Shown here in pieces: positions 26,801-42,416 of a stretch of DNA of 64,000 nucleotides. This stretch comes from Eledone cirrhosa. Taxonomy: Eukaryota. The stretch lies in NCBI GenBank assembly GCA_964016885.1, contig OZ024743.1, positions 366,358,001 to 366,422,000 of the forward strand. Reading direction: 5' to 3'. The translations under genes were made by a program, and so were the position numbers. How positions within the stretch are numbered: position 1 is the first letter of the stretch; every line of letters starts with the position of its first letter. The notes below the pieces were generated by a model. The model had not been told where the DNA came from and searched no databases. It saw only the letters and a program-made list of their open reading frames with translations.

Positions 26801-27479
26801 TTATACTTTCACTCGTGTAGGACATCTCGTTTTTTTTTTCATTTTGTAAAAAGAACCTCATTTTCTAATATATATATATATATAAAGTTCAAAAATGACA
26901 GCAACAGAGATTAAAAAAAAAAATTAGTCTTATTAGTTTCATGCATTGGAGAAAAGAGGGAAAAAGTTTGATGTATTGGACGTTAGTTATTCATCAGGAT
27001 TATAAGAATTCAGAGATAAGAAAAAAACGGGTGAGGAGCATGCTAGTGTGTGTGTGTATCTGCGTATTTGTTGGTGGAGTGGTCTATTGTTCATGATCGT
27101 GTGTAAGTGTGCCTGGTTGTATTAACATTGTTTATGAGGCTCTCTTTACCACTTTAGTTGTGTGTATATCAAATATAAAAAAAATTATTTTTGACAATAA
27201 ATGAAACTCAACTTCAAAAGGTAGAACAGCTGAAGTTGAAATAAACAAAATAAAGCTGTTACATTGCTATAGCAACCACACTATATACATGTGTGTGTGT
27301 GTGTGTATATGTGCTGACATGTCTGTGTATATGTGCTTTTCTCCATGTTTATTAAGGTGTTAAAGTTTTTTTTATGTATCTGTGAGTATTTCCATGTGGT
27401 GCAGCAATGTTGTATTCATGTTAGTGTGCACGTGGATGAGGGAGGGTGCTGGATGTGGTGAGGAGAGCATTGGGATTAT

Positions 27480-27680
27480 CGTTCCCAATTGCCATTGCTT
27501 AGATGCCTTTCCAGAAATCTAGTCCACTCGACACACAAGTCAGCCAGAGAATACCTTCTCTAGTTAAGGCTTTTTTTTTTTACATCTCAGTCCGGATTTC
27601 ATCTTCCCCAGCAACCTTGCCACATTTGAGGTCTTTAATTGCTCTTGTGACCTCAGCCTCTTGGTTGTTAGGTCCAATGA
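27480..27680 (-). mobile_element. Small decayed LINE RT fragment
   Basis: EAEVTRAIKDLKCGKVAGEDEIRTEM. Confidence 0.75.
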
Positions 27681-28968
27681 GGGTGGTGATGTGGGTGATG
27701 AAGCTGCATGTGGCAGCGGGATCAGGAGCAGGGATGGGATCCAGGAGAGAATTTGTAAGGCGGGAGGGAACTGTGAATGAGTAGGTTTCTAATGTTGTGT
27801 ATACATTTAAAAGAGGGAGGAGTGGAAAGGAAAATAGGAGAGATGGAAGGATCTGACTAAGGCTGATCAATGATTTATGGGTGAAGTTTGTAAACAAAAA
27901 CTGTGAAGAAGTTCATTGTATATCTATATATTTATGTGCATCTTCATATTAACACTGTTTGAAACAAACAGTGACATTTGTTCATGTCCTGTATAAACAA
28001 TACCTCCCATAGCTAATTGGTTTGATAAAGATGAGCAGTATATATATTATACCAAAACTAATAAGTCCTACAGCTAACTGGTTTAACTAATTTGAGCAGT
28101 AAGTATACCATACCAGAATAAGAAGAGCAGCTGGATATAGAAAAGCTGCCTCAAAAAAGTTTCATCCAATACATGTCAGCATGGAAATAAAAAAACAGGT
28201 GTAAAAAGCGATGATGATGATGTTGATCCTGCTATGTTGCATTATTTCTTAATTATCAGCAGAAATATTGTAAACGTATGTTTTAGTTTCATATTGACCC
28301 TTAAATAATTCTGTAGTTAGGATTGGTTTGTATCATGTTTTTCTTATTTTAAACAATCATTATTGTTGTTTATGATAGGTTCTGTAGTATAATAGTGGTA
28401 AAATTACAGTAATACAACTAACTCTAAAACCATGTTTTGTTTGCTTGTTTCAACAATTTCACTTATTTTGTTTATACCCTTGGGAAGGTGTGAATATCTG
28501 TTTCCTATTTCTTTCATTCCTATGTAAAGAAAAATCAGCAGCATTCTTTCAATGGTTGTTGAGAGGTATAATAATTGCTAAGTGAATAAAATACAGGATT
28601 ATTTTGGTTCATGTCAAGAGTTTTGTAACTCACTGCAGGCTTTATTGTTCATGAGGTAAGATTTTCATTTGAAATCATTTCTGATACTGATGTTGCATTC
28701 TATCTATCTTTTCTGTGTCAGTTCAATCTTCTCTGTGTCTGTTCTGTTTGTCTCTTCAATCATTGGCAGAATTATTAGTGTTGGTCAGAATACCATGCAG
28801 TATTTAGTTAGGGTTCTTTACATTCTGGGTTCAAATCCCAACAAATCCAACATTGTATTTCATTCTTCAAGGGTCGATAAAGTAAAGTAGTAGTAAAGAT
28901 TTGGGGTCCATTTAATTGATTTTTTTTTTTTTCTCCACAATCTCTGTAAAGACTTCATCGCTAATATA

Positions 28969-30571
<1,603 letters not shown>

Positions 30572-30584
30572 TATATTTCTATAG

Positions 30585-30860
30585 CCTAGAGGTAATAAAG
30601 AGTGTTGGGCTTACAATCATAATGTCATGAGTTTGATTTCTGGACTGGGTTGTGTGTTGTGTTCTTGAATAAAACATTTCATTTCACGTTGCTCCAGTAT
30701 ACTTAGCTGAAAATGAGTACCATCAATAGCTGAGGGTTTAGCCCTGTGATAGACTGATGTTCTGTGAAAGAGTAATCTTGTACTTTCAGTCACTTCACAC
30801 CACAGAAACCAAGATAAACACCAGTGTGATGAGCTGCTGGGCTCAACACAGACTTTAGAC
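30585..30860 (+). mobile_element. tRNA-derived SINE (family 2)
   Basis: Collinear with 6675-6948 and 4905-5350. Confidence 0.65.
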
Positions 30861-31326
30861 TTTTTAGACTTAGACTTTGTTTACCTTACCACATTGTTGT
30901 CGCTTTTTTTTTTAAAGGTATAATCTCATTCATCCTGGATATGCCACCCATTACAAACTGTTGACAGAATGACATCTCTCAATGTTGTTGATAAAAATAA
31001 CAATCTGTGTACCATTAGTGCCAAGCTTCCAACTGAATTACCATAATAATGATAATCATGATAATCATCATGATCATGATGACTCCTATATCTTGTCATA
31101 TATTTTCTCTGCCCCCTACCTAGCTACCCCTTTTGCAAAATCCCATTCTTCCAATTATTTTTACTATAGTCTTTCTGTAAATAAGAGGCGTTATGTTTTT
31201 GTAAGTAAGCACTTTTCAAAGAATAGTTTAAATACCAAGAATTCTTCATGAATAGGGGTTTCACTTGATATGTGATTGCTTGGTGTGAACTTTATATAAC
31301 CAGCAATATGTCTATCATCCAGTCTG

Positions 31327-31621
31327 ACAGGGAAAGTTAGGTTTACAAGTGATTAATAATTTATCCTGGGTATTTACCTCTCTATACAGGGAAAGTTAGG
31401 TTTACAAGTGATTAATAATTTATCCTGGGTATTTACCTCTCTATACAGGGAAAGTTAGGTTTACAAGTGATTAATAATTTATCCTGGGTATTTACCTCTC
31501 TATACAGAGAAAGTTAGGTTTACAAGTGATTAATAATTTATCCTGGGTATTTACCTCTCTATACAGGGAAAGTTAGGTTTACAAGTGATTAATAATTTAT
31601 CCTGGGTATTTACCTCTCTAT
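31327..31621. repeat. Minisatellite, 5 x 59 bp
   Basis: Unit ACAGGGAAAGTTAGGTTTACAAGTGATTAATAATTTATCCTGGGTATTTACCTCTCTAT; one substitution in copy 4. Confidence 0.97.
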
Positions 31622-32099
31622 TTTGCATTGGTATGGTTGTGTGGTTAAGAAATTCACTTCACAAGAATCAGGTAGTGGTGGTTTGATGGATTACTTCTAC
31701 CATGCAAATAATCCATGACAGGATTTGAACTCAGAATGAAAAAAGTCAGAACAAATATTATCAGGTATTTTGTCTGATGCTCCTACAATTCTGCTAGTTC
31801 AATGCAATTGATATTTTGTTCCAGTAAACCCAGAAAAATGAAGAGCAAAGTTAACCTGGGTGGGATAGGAACTTGTATGCAAACTTTTGGAACAAATCAT
31901 TTTTTTTTACTCAGCTCTATTGGTTTTGCCAATTCACTGCCTATTTAGTTTATACTGATAATATTGTTATTGGTGTATTCATCCAAAACCTTTGAATCTA
32001 ACAATTATGAAATTGCTATTGAGGTAAGTAACCATTTCATTAAAAAATAGCTATGGTGTTGTTTATAACCTCAGGATATCTTTGATTAAGCTAACCTAT

Positions 32100-32275
32100 A
32101 ATGGTTTCTGCTTTTGGCACAAGGCCAGCAATTATCCCAGTGCATTACTGGTACTTTGTTTTATTGACCCCGTACGGATGAAAGACAAAGTTAACCTTGG
32201 CGGGATTTGAACTCAGACCGTAAAGGGCCGTAGCTCTAAGCTGCAAAGCTTACCAATACTGTCAATCCACTTCCC
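32100..32275 (-). mobile_element. tRNA-derived SINE (family 1)
   Basis: Reverse complement of the 58841-59216 copies. Confidence 0.8.
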
Positions 32276-32718
32276 TAAGACCTATAATAAAATATGAGCC
32301 AGTCTCAACCACCCCATCTACCTCAAAAATTACATTATGCAATTTATTCTTTCTTTTCTTCTGATTGTATAATTTGATCTAAGTTTTGACTGATATTTTT
32401 AGCAGAATTTCATAAACTTTTTTAGAGGCTCCTTTTTTTTCCCACAGTAAAGTTGTAAAAAATTACGCATTGAAAATTAAATATTTATTTATTTTTTGTA
32501 CTCTTTGTATTTTCCCCCTTTCTTCCCTTACCACTCCTTGCCTTCCAACAACCTTCTTACCACCCCTTTCTTTTCCGTGACCTTTATGAATCTCCCTACT
32601 TCTAGGGGCATGGTATTTCTCATTTGGGACTCACTGGTTTATGAGCCTCACTTGTTAACTCATAATGAAAATTTTTTAGGAAAGGTACATAGGAGAGGTT
32701 AGTTTAAAAAAAAAAATT

Positions 32719-34141
32719 CTTCTTCACCTACTTATTCCTGAGAGGGTCGTGGGGGAAGAGTCCTCAAATACTCCTTCCAAAGGGTCTTGTCAGAAACAAC
32801 TGTCTCCAGTTGATCCGGCTGGATCCCCAACAAGACCAGCAAAGCTCATGGATGTTATCCAACCATCTTGCTCAGGATCTACCCCAGGGTCTCCTGCCGG
32901 TTGGTTTTGTCTGTAAAATCTGTCCAGTGATTCTTTCCTAAGACATGCTCCCTTCTGGACCCGCTTTGGTGTTTCGGGATATGCAAACTTTGTGCGTTCA
33001 TCTCACACCTCCCAGGATAGGTCACAGGCCCATCGCCAGTTTTTGTAGCAAGAAATGGAGACTGTAATATATTTTTTGAACAGGCTCCTCTACCTAAAAC
33101 ATTCTAACCACATGCCCATATTATCGGAGCTGTGATCTCTCAATCCAGAGAAGTAGCGGCTCTACTGTTGTGACTCTCTGATCTCCGAGCTACAGACTCT
33201 ATCGAGTAAGGTTACTCCAAAGACCCTTCGGAGGAACCCCATTTTGGCCACTTGTATTCGCGATCATATTTTTTTCGGTAATTACTCAAGATTAATGACC
33301 AAAGGTAAGGGTCGGCACGAATATCGAATTGAAGATATCGAGTTTGGCTTTTACACCTACCTCCCTTCTTCTGATTAATGAATGTTGAAGCTGGCACAGT
33401 ACTGCACCAGCTCCTGCAATTCTTGCACTTAATTCAGCCTCCTGGTTTCCATCACTCGTGAACAAGGCCCCAAGATACTGGAACTTCTGTACCTGCTTCA
33501 GTGGAACTTCATTTACATGTAGCACTGAGAAGACGAGTGTCTCAGTTTTTGCAGCACTGATTTTCATTCCAGCAATGCAGCACTCAGCATCAAACCTATC
33601 AAGTGCAAGCCTCCCTGGTAAAGTCTCTGCTAAGTGTCAGGCAAAGAGATGCAGGGAGATTGTCAAGTCCAAGCTAGCTGATGAACAGTGTGGTTTTCAC
33701 CCCAGATACAGCACTGCCAACTAAATATTTACCCTGTGGCAGGTCTTCAAGAAATCATGGAAGTATTGCCAAGATGTATATTCTTGTTTTGTCAACTCTG
33801 AGAAGGCATATGACCGCGTTCCTCCTGACCTGCTGTGGAAGGATCTGCAGGAGTATGGGATCTATGGTCAGCTTCTTACTGCCCGTATGTCACTATATGA
33901 ATGCCAGAGTATTTGTGTTTGGATAAATGGTGCTAAATCTAAATCATTCAATGTAGGAGTCAGACTCCGCCAAAGGTACGCACTGTCATCTCTCCTGTTC
34001 ATTATTTACATGAACAGGATTGACATGTGCAGCCAGGTAGGAAGTGGTATCATGACTGACAGGTGTAAAATGTCAGCTGGAATTTACAGACAACATGGTG
34101 TTACTTAACTCAACAGAAGGTGATCTCCGATTTGCACTCAG
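32719..34141 (-). mobile_element. Rex3/Expander-like RTE LINE with inverted 5' segment and TSD
   Basis: Minus 32719-33607: ALDRF..MKISAAKTE..FQYLG..FVPTLTFGH and 3' end; plus 33608-34141: SLPGKV..DEQCGF..EKAYDRV..LSSLLFIIYM; flanked by A10TT on both sides. Confidence 0.88.
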
Positions 34142-35925
34142 AAAAAAAAAATTACTATTTACTTTTTATGAACTACAGCAAAGCTTCATATGGCTCTTGA
34201 ACCCAGCCCCTTTAATTTTAAAATTTGGTTATTTTGCTGCAATGTAACTTGCCATTTTCTTAATTTAGTCATAGTGTTCTTTCAATTTCACTTCTTGGGA
34301 ATTTATTTTTTACATATTCGCAGCATATATATCTTATTTTATTTCTTTTCTTTTTAACAAACCTACCATATTACCACCATCGCCACCATAACCATTATCA
34401 TCCCCATCATCACATTTATTATCATTACCATCATCATTGATCTTTTATAATCATCCACATACATCACTTTTTGTATCCTGGCATCAATTTTATAATGGTT
34501 CACCAATATAGCATTCATTTATCCATGCACCACCTACCTCATCAAAGATTACCAATGTTTGGAACTTACTTAGTGTATCCACTACCATTAAAGTATCTTC
34601 CACTGCCCACTACCCATTGGCCACTTCATATCACTTTTAGATTCAGAACTCATTATCTCTTCATATAACCTGTCTAAAAGTCTAAACCCAATGTAATCAT
34701 TGTTCCTATATACAACATATGCCAATAGCTTCCATCCTCGTGTTGTTAGTTATTCGACTGTTATGAAGTACACTTCACCTCTAATTAGTTTTAAAGGTGA
34801 ACCAGGAAGGTAGCATGAACCCATACAGTCTGAACCCATATATATATATCTGTGTGTGTGTGTATAAACACAATGGCATGTATTCTTGAGAAGGAATGTA
34901 AGCATTGCTTACTCTATAAAAACTATTCATTTAATAATCTAACCTTTTTTTCTGTTTCCTATTAGACTCACCATTGCACTTAAATAATGCCATTAACATT
35001 TTGGAATAATATAAAACAACCCTCTTATACCAACCCACCCAAAATCAACCCTCATTCTATGATACAAAACTGTTGATATTAAAGTGTTTAAATTTATCTA
35101 AATACTTTCCGTCATACTTTTACATAAAAACGTTTAAGTTATGCTCTAAACACCAGCTTAATAAGGAAAGAATTATATTAGAAAACCCCTCCAAGGTCTT
35201 TATTATCTACACTGTGTTTCATTAGAAATGTGGTAACAAAGGGGTTAATAATAATATACATTTTTTTTAAACCTATTAGATTTTGTTTTGAAAGAGGTTG
35301 TACTACTGTCTGTTGCATATTGTCCCTCAAATATACAAAAATCCATTTGCTTATTCTAGCATTTTCTTTATTGATTCAGTTTTATAAATCTATGTTTACC
35401 AGATAAACACTCTTATATATGTGTAATTGTAATTGCATGATTGAAGTTTATACAATCACATACCTCTCTCACTATTCACAATTTGTTCTATGAAATCATC
35501 ATCATCTAACCTCTGTTTTTCCATGCTGGCATGGGTTGGGTGCATCATCATGGACCAAATCAGTACTTAATCAGAGCTACTGTCCTATCAGACAGATTGG
35601 GTTATGTCTTGCTGACATACTTTCTGATTTTACCACGGTTTCTATGGCTGGACTCCTTTCCTATCATTAACCACTGTGTGTGTGTAATTTATTACTTGAA
35701 AACAGAATGACTGTGACTTTAAAGTTTTATATAGCAATGGTATATAAGTATGTATGTTTGCAACTATTTATACATATTTATTTAAGAATCTGTTTCTTGT
35801 TCTGTTTATCTATCCATCTGTCACTCAGTATATATTATATTCCTTGATCCTGATTTTTATAAGGATATGTGTGAGTGTTTGTATACATCATTTAACTTCT
35901 GTGATGGGCGTATATATACATACAT

Positions 35926-36205
35926 GATGGCTGCAACTCGATTTCGACTAATGCCATTGCTTAATATTTAAGCATCACGGACATGGCTTTTTAGTCCAGC
36001 TAGGGACTTGCCTATAGCCAGCAATACCATGCATTGTAAGGAAAGACTTTGCACAGGGCCAATCCCATTCTCTGAACATTGAATGCACTTACCCAAAAAG
36101 AACAACTGGTCTACATCATTGGATAAAGACGAAGTTGCAGGTTTTATATCAAAATGACCTTCTCCTAGAGAGATGTCTTAATGAAGACTAGGAGTCTCTC
36201 GCTCA
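35926..36205 (-). mobile_element. Second bipartite RTE derivative
   Basis: Minus strand: TCTAGGAGAAGG..CCTGCAAC..TATCCAATGATG (as at 21820-21880) joined to KSLAGLKSHVR and tail TCGAAATCGAGTTGCAGCCA. Confidence 0.6.
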
Positions 36206-38939
36206 AAAAAAAAAATATTATATACATATACTCATGGGTTTGACGCAGCCAACTGGCCTGTCCCTCATCATAACAGTGCTATTCAGTTCCACACTGTAAA
36301 TGTGGTTGGTGATAGGAAGGACATCTAGCTGTAAAAAACCCCGGCCAAATCCTCTTCACATGGACAACCCATCTGACCCATGCAAGCATGGAAAAATGGA
36401 CATAAAACGGTGATGATAATGATAGAGCCTGTGGTACTTACACCTTAGAGACCACTAATCATGTGAGTACGTGATACATGGGGAGATGTAGAGTGGGTAT
36501 AGAAATATGTAAAATCCCAACTGCGACAGCAAGCAGTTTCCACTTGTAACATAAGCCAAAACCGCTTAGCACCGTGGTCTAAATTTTACAGATATATATA
36601 TATTTGCCTGTGTGAGTGTGTATGTACATATGTATGTGTATGTATTTCTTTAGCAATCTTTATTGGTCAAAGATGCCAATATTATTAGCAAGAAACTAAT
36701 GAAACTGACACCTTTTGGAAGTTCATTGTAATATTTGTTCTGCACCGAGTTACAGAATCTTCCTTGTCATTGTCAACATTGGTTATAGAGTGAATCAGTG
36801 ATTGAACATGAAACCGCATGATTGCAAAATGAACTTTTTAACCCATTCAACTATACCTTTACCTGTAGCCATCAATCACATGCATTTCTACTCTAACAGA
36901 CAGGATATTAAAAACAAAACAAATTGAGAGCGTTTAACAAAATAAAACAACAGAAAATCTAATATGAAATAAAATATAGAAAATAAAACGATACCAGGAA
37001 ATAGAAACTAGTTGATTTAAACTTTAACTTCAATTAGTTCAAAATTCATATTATCTTTGCCACATCCCTTTGTAATACAGCATTTTAGTTTTTAAACTTT
37101 TATAATTTATTTACTTTATTCATTTTTTCTCTTTTATCTTTTATATTTTTAGTTTTTACTTTATTATTTATTTACTTTTATTTTCTAATTTTTAATTTTA
37201 TACTTTATTTAGTTAGTTTTAGACTTTTTTTTTTACTTTTATGTTTCTATTTTTTTTACTTATTTTTTACACTTTTATATTTTTAGAATTTTTTTTCTAA
37301 TTTAATTTTCATTTATATTTTATATTCTATTGTTCGCTTCATCTATTTTTTCTATCTTCTTCGTTCTATTTCTCTCATTCATTGTTTCCTCCTTTCTTCT
37401 CTTTCTCTTTCTCCATTCAAAATTTCCTAATCACTAATTTCTCTTTTACTGTTTTAAAACAGCTGCTTACCAATAGTTCTCAGTACAGGTTAAGGGCATA
37501 TTTCTTGGTAAATGTGTCCGTGGATGTGTATGTGTTTGTAGGTAGGTATATTTATGTATTTTTGTGTGTGTGTGTGTATATATATATATATTAATGTTTT
37601 GTATATATGTATAATTACATGTATGTATATATATATATATCTATGTGTATATGTTTATCTGCATAGATATATGTAGTATGAGTATATGTGAATATATATC
37701 TGAGTGTATGCGTAAATATCTGTGTGTATGTTCATGTGCATTTATGTATATATTTTTGTAAATATATATATGTGCTTATACATACAAGTTTGTATCTATT
37801 CAATTGATACAAAAGCAAAAATGTGTGATGTAAATCTGTGGTTGACTGATTTAGTATTTGGATTTAAAATCAGAGTGTAAAAGAACTATACTAACAGCTG
37901 AAAAGTATTGTCCAATGTTCTACTGTTACAGACATACTACTACACATATATATACACTTATCTACCTAGCTAGCCCTTAACTTTAGGCATAGAACCCTAG
38001 AATATGTAGCTCAGAGGTTCTCAAAGTGGGTGCTACTGCCCTCCAGTGGGTGTTGAGAAGGTCCAGGGGTGCTGCTTATTTTTAAATGTTTATATTTATT
38101 TAAAAACCTTCCATCATAATTTTAAGTAAGAACCTTTGTTAAGGTATGTTCCAAACATCAGCTTAATAATAAGCAAGTTATATTACTAAATCTCTCTTAA
38201 TTCTTCTTTACTTAAACAATTATTGGAAAATCATAGTGTTTTACATTAAAAATATGTTAATGAATGGTTTAAAATAATGAAATTGTTCTAACAATTAAAA
38301 TAAAACAACTATGAAACACAAAGACCAAGCATTTTATTAAAACAGAATATTTTTATTATTTTATTGGCTTCACACATTAAACTATGGCCATACTAGGGCA
38401 TCACCTTCATATGTTTTTAGCAGATTGTATTGACCTCAGCACTTACTCCAATTTGAGCTGTTCTACGATTTAAATCTACATGAATGTGTTTAAAAACAAA
38501 GCTTATAATTACAAAAAGACCTGGTGAGTGGAAGTCTTAGAGTACTAGCAGTACTGGTGGTTTAATGACTGCAACTAGAATAAATGGAGTGTTACTAATG
38601 AAAAACTTTCTGATTCTATGTCTAGTGTCTTTGAAGTGAGAACATCTCACTTGCTTTTAACTTAGTGAAACAATTCAGCTGTATAATGTTGTGTAACCTA
38701 CTAAATTACTAACCTACTATTAGTACCACACTTCACTCTTACCCTATATGATGTTGCTGACACCGAGTAAAGAACAGATGAAGGAAGTGTTACTTAAAAG
38801 TACTAATAGAAGGAAGGGAATCAAGTGGGTTGGTAATACTGAGATTGGGGATAATTGGCTAGTAGTGATTGTAAAGATAATAGTTACATAATAATAATAA
38901 TAATCGTGGTGGTTTCTACTTTAGGCACAAGGCCATCTA

Positions 38940-39975
38940 TTGGGTTGACAAAAAAGTCTGTTCAGTTTTCTTAGTGAAAATGAGACTCAGTTTTAAACCC
39001 AAATCAATCTATTCAATCAATGATATATTTGCCATTTCGTTCCAGTACCTTCCACCATCTTCAAGGTAGATCCATTATTCCTTGTTCAAAGAATCTATTG
39101 TGTTTACTGGCAAAGAACCCTTCCAAATGAATTTTCACATCTTCTGAAGAATTGAAGGTCTGTCCATTCAAAAAATGTTGAAAGACTGAAACATGTGGAA
39201 TTCTGAAGGAACAAGGCGGGGGGGGGGGGGGGGGGATATGGAGGGAGAGGTAAAACTTCCCAGTCAAGTCCTAGTAACTGCAAGGAAGCATGTGGTCTGG
39301 CATTGTCTTAAGGAAAGAACCCTTTCACTTAACACGTTCCATTTTTCTTCTCCAGTCACCATTTTCTTCAAAAAGGAATCGTTTTTGTTCATGTTAAAGC
39401 AAGGAATTGCAAATGGAAATCCATTAGCTTTATTCAATTCATAGGAACCCAAATATCGAGCCTGCTGACATAACCAAGTATACGCAGATGGTTTTCAACA
39501 CTTGATTTGGATATCTGGAGAATATCTGTGATCTCCCTGCTTGCAAGATGGGAGTTGGTGTCAACCAACTTCTTCACTTGGTCACTGTTAACCACAGTTA
39601 GCCATCCAGAGTGAGGCACATCTTGAATTGAAAAGTTTCCCAATCAAAATCTTGAAAGCCACTTCTAGCATACATGTTCTGTAACAGCATCCTCTCTGCC
39701 ACATTGTATATGTTCCTGCAAATTTCTGATGTTTCCTTACCTTTTTAAAAACAAAAAAGCATGTGTTGATAATGTTCATTTTAGTTCTCCATTTTGAGGG
39801 TTAAGAGAAACACACAAAATACAAGCAATCTTGTTGGAGTTTCACTAAGAACTATTTTGAAGTATCAAATATCTAACGAGTGCATACTCAGAAGGAAAAA
39901 AGTAAAGTTAGCATCTGTGAGAGCGTCTAAAGTTTAGTATTGGCAAAAACTGAATGGACTTTTTGGTCAACCAAA
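38940..39975 (-). mobile_element. Internally deleted mariner element inserted in a SINE
   Basis: ~30-bp TIR TTGGGTTGACAAAAAAGTCTGTTCAGTTTT with TA TSD; WVP, FLKKMVTGEEKW, DNARPH, WEVLP, FFEQGIMDLP; SINE family 1 halves at 38912-38936 and 39978-40160. Confidence 0.9.
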
Positions 39976-41602
39976 TATTTAGGAAGAGAGGAAAGTCAAT
40001 TAGATGGACCACAGTACTTGGCTGGTACTTTATTTTATCAACTCTGGAAGGATAAAAGGCAATGTTGACATTAGTAGGATTTGAACTCAGAACATAACGG
40101 GTATAACTCAATCCTATAGGACATTTTTGTTTGATGCCTTAATGATTCTGCCAATTCACCATCCTATCGTATGCTATTAATAATAATAATGGTTGTCATA
40201 GTAATATATTTAATCCAACCCATTCCAGCATGGAAGAAGAGAAAAAATGAAATGATGATGATGCTGATGATATAAAAATTATGGTCTATTCCATAGATGT
40301 TTGGAAGGAATTACATACACACTGCTGGTCTTTGAGAATTCTGATTTTGTTATGTTTTGATGTTTAGCAAATGTAATGCTGACAATTCATTCTAACTAAA
40401 ATTGGTGTTGCTGTGGAGAGAATTCTATTAAAAAAAGCCTGTATTCTTTCATTTCTATTTAGTTGAGTTGCAATAAGGATGGATAAGATGAAAACTGTAT
40501 GTGTGTGGTCTTTTCTTTGTGAAATAAGACAAATTTGGTTCTTATTATTGGGTAATCAGAGCCCCATTGTAATGCTTGAAAATGTAAATGTAGGTATGAG
40601 TGTAAGTATGTGCATAAGCATATTTATGTTTTACGTCTGTGTATGTACCAATATGTGTGGTATGTAACGTTTTTTATGTGTATGTATTTGTTTATTAATG
40701 TAAATATATGTGCATGTATACCTATGTGTGCTTGTTTATATGTATGTGTGTATATATATATATATGTGTGTGTGTAGATATATATATTTACACACACCTG
40801 TGTGTGTGTGTATGAGTATTCTTACACACTCATGCATTCATACATAGCTATACCTACACAATCCTGGGTGTGTACACATGCCTATATATCTGTATGTAAA
40901 CATGACAGTGAATGTTAATACACTCATATAGCCCGCCTAAGCATAGATGGGTGCTTAAGCAAGCAGTAGTAAGAGTTAACCTTTACAAGAGAACTGCGTC
41001 CAAAGGTTAAGTTTCCGGTGTGGGTTCAAACGAGATGAATGTCTCAAAAAGTCAAATTGGTTATCTAATTTATCTGCTGTTTCTCCATTTACCATTATTG
41101 TCTTTCTGCTGATCAAATAGTTTTGTTCATATCTGCACCACCACCATCCCACTTTCACATCTCTGCCCTTCTCCTCTCTATCATACCTTTGCACATCCTC
41201 CTCTGTTACATCACTGCCCCCTTTACTCTATCATGTCTTCAAATGTTCCCCTCTATCATGTCTATGCACTCTCACCTCTGTCATATTTCTATAACATCCA
41301 GCCAGAAAAAGATGTACAGTTAAAAGTTTCACTTTGCAACCACTTGTATTTCTGGTTCAAACCAACTGTAACAATTTTGCAAAAGTTTCTTCCAATATAG
41401 CATCAGGTTCACCAATGCCTTGTGAATGTAATATATACGTACACATGCACATATATGCATGCGTACACACACAGATGCAAACGTGCGCGCACACACACAC
41501 GCAATTACCATATATACTCAAATATAAGCCACCGCCACCATATTCTATATCAGAGAAACCTTGTCTGTAAGTTGAGGCAGCTAATCAACACATTGTTTAG
41601 AT

Positions 41603-41901
41603 CAGGGGTTCTCAACCTGGTCCATGTGGACCACTAGTGGTCCACAGAAAATTTTCTGACATGCATTTGACTTAAAGCGCTGTTCTTATTCTTCGCATAA
41701 GTACGACTTCAGCTGTTTATTTGCGTAGATTTTTAGGCACTGCGACATGATAATAGCATTTTCTAATTCATTGAAAAAAAAACATCTACTGATGCTTATA
41801 AGTAGCAGTTCTATTACAAAAGATTTAAAAGTTTAGGTGGTCCACAGGAAAAAATTACTTATTTTGGTGGTCCACAGCGAAAAAAAGGTTGAGAACCCCT
41901 G
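41603..41901. mobile_element. hAT (Charlie/Buster-like) MITE
   Basis: 16-bp TIR CAGGGGTTCTCAACCT; perfect 8-bp TSD GTTTAGAT; internal GTGGTCCACAG repeats. Confidence 0.93.
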
Positions 41902-42255
41902 GTTTAGATGACATGGTTTTGAAATTCTCATAAGTATAAAATATATTTATGAAGTTTTATTATTTTGATGTTTAAAATGTTTTAACTGAGTATAGTTCTT
42001 GTTTCACAACTGCATTATATAATGAGTCTCCATTAAGTCTCACAAGTTTCTGCAATTTTTGTTTACTTCTGGCCATTCACATACTAAGAGTACTTTGAAA
42101 GCCAGAAATCTAATAAGAGAAGAAGGGTAGAGCAAGTGAGAGAGGGGGCAAGAAGGGAGAGAGAGTGAGAGCAATAAAACACAAGTCAGTAGTAAGATTT
42201 TAATCTTACATAAGATTGAAAGAAAATGTATTATTAAGTCAGAGAAAAATATGTA

Positions 42256-42416
42256 CTGTATTTCCCAGTGTCGAAGATGCTACTTTTTCCTAAAATAAGT
42301 CTGAAAAATCTACCATGCGTCCTGGAAGCTGAAGGTTGTTTATTATTTTTTTATTCAAATTTTTGGTTGTCAAAATTAGGGTGCGTCCTCGAGGACGAAG
42401 CGTCCAGGAAATACGG
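42256..42416. mobile_element. Tc2/pogo-like MITE
   Basis: TA|CTGTATTTCC...GGAAATACGG|TA. Confidence 0.65.

Noticed and set aside
26925-27003. Minus-strand CTGATGA ... GAAA CTAA TA hammerhead candidate
   Set aside because: Stem I and stem II pairing are poor; cannot be told from chance
31327-31621. CRISPR-like regular array
   Set aside because: Units are contiguous and identical with no spacers; no cas genes; eukaryotic context
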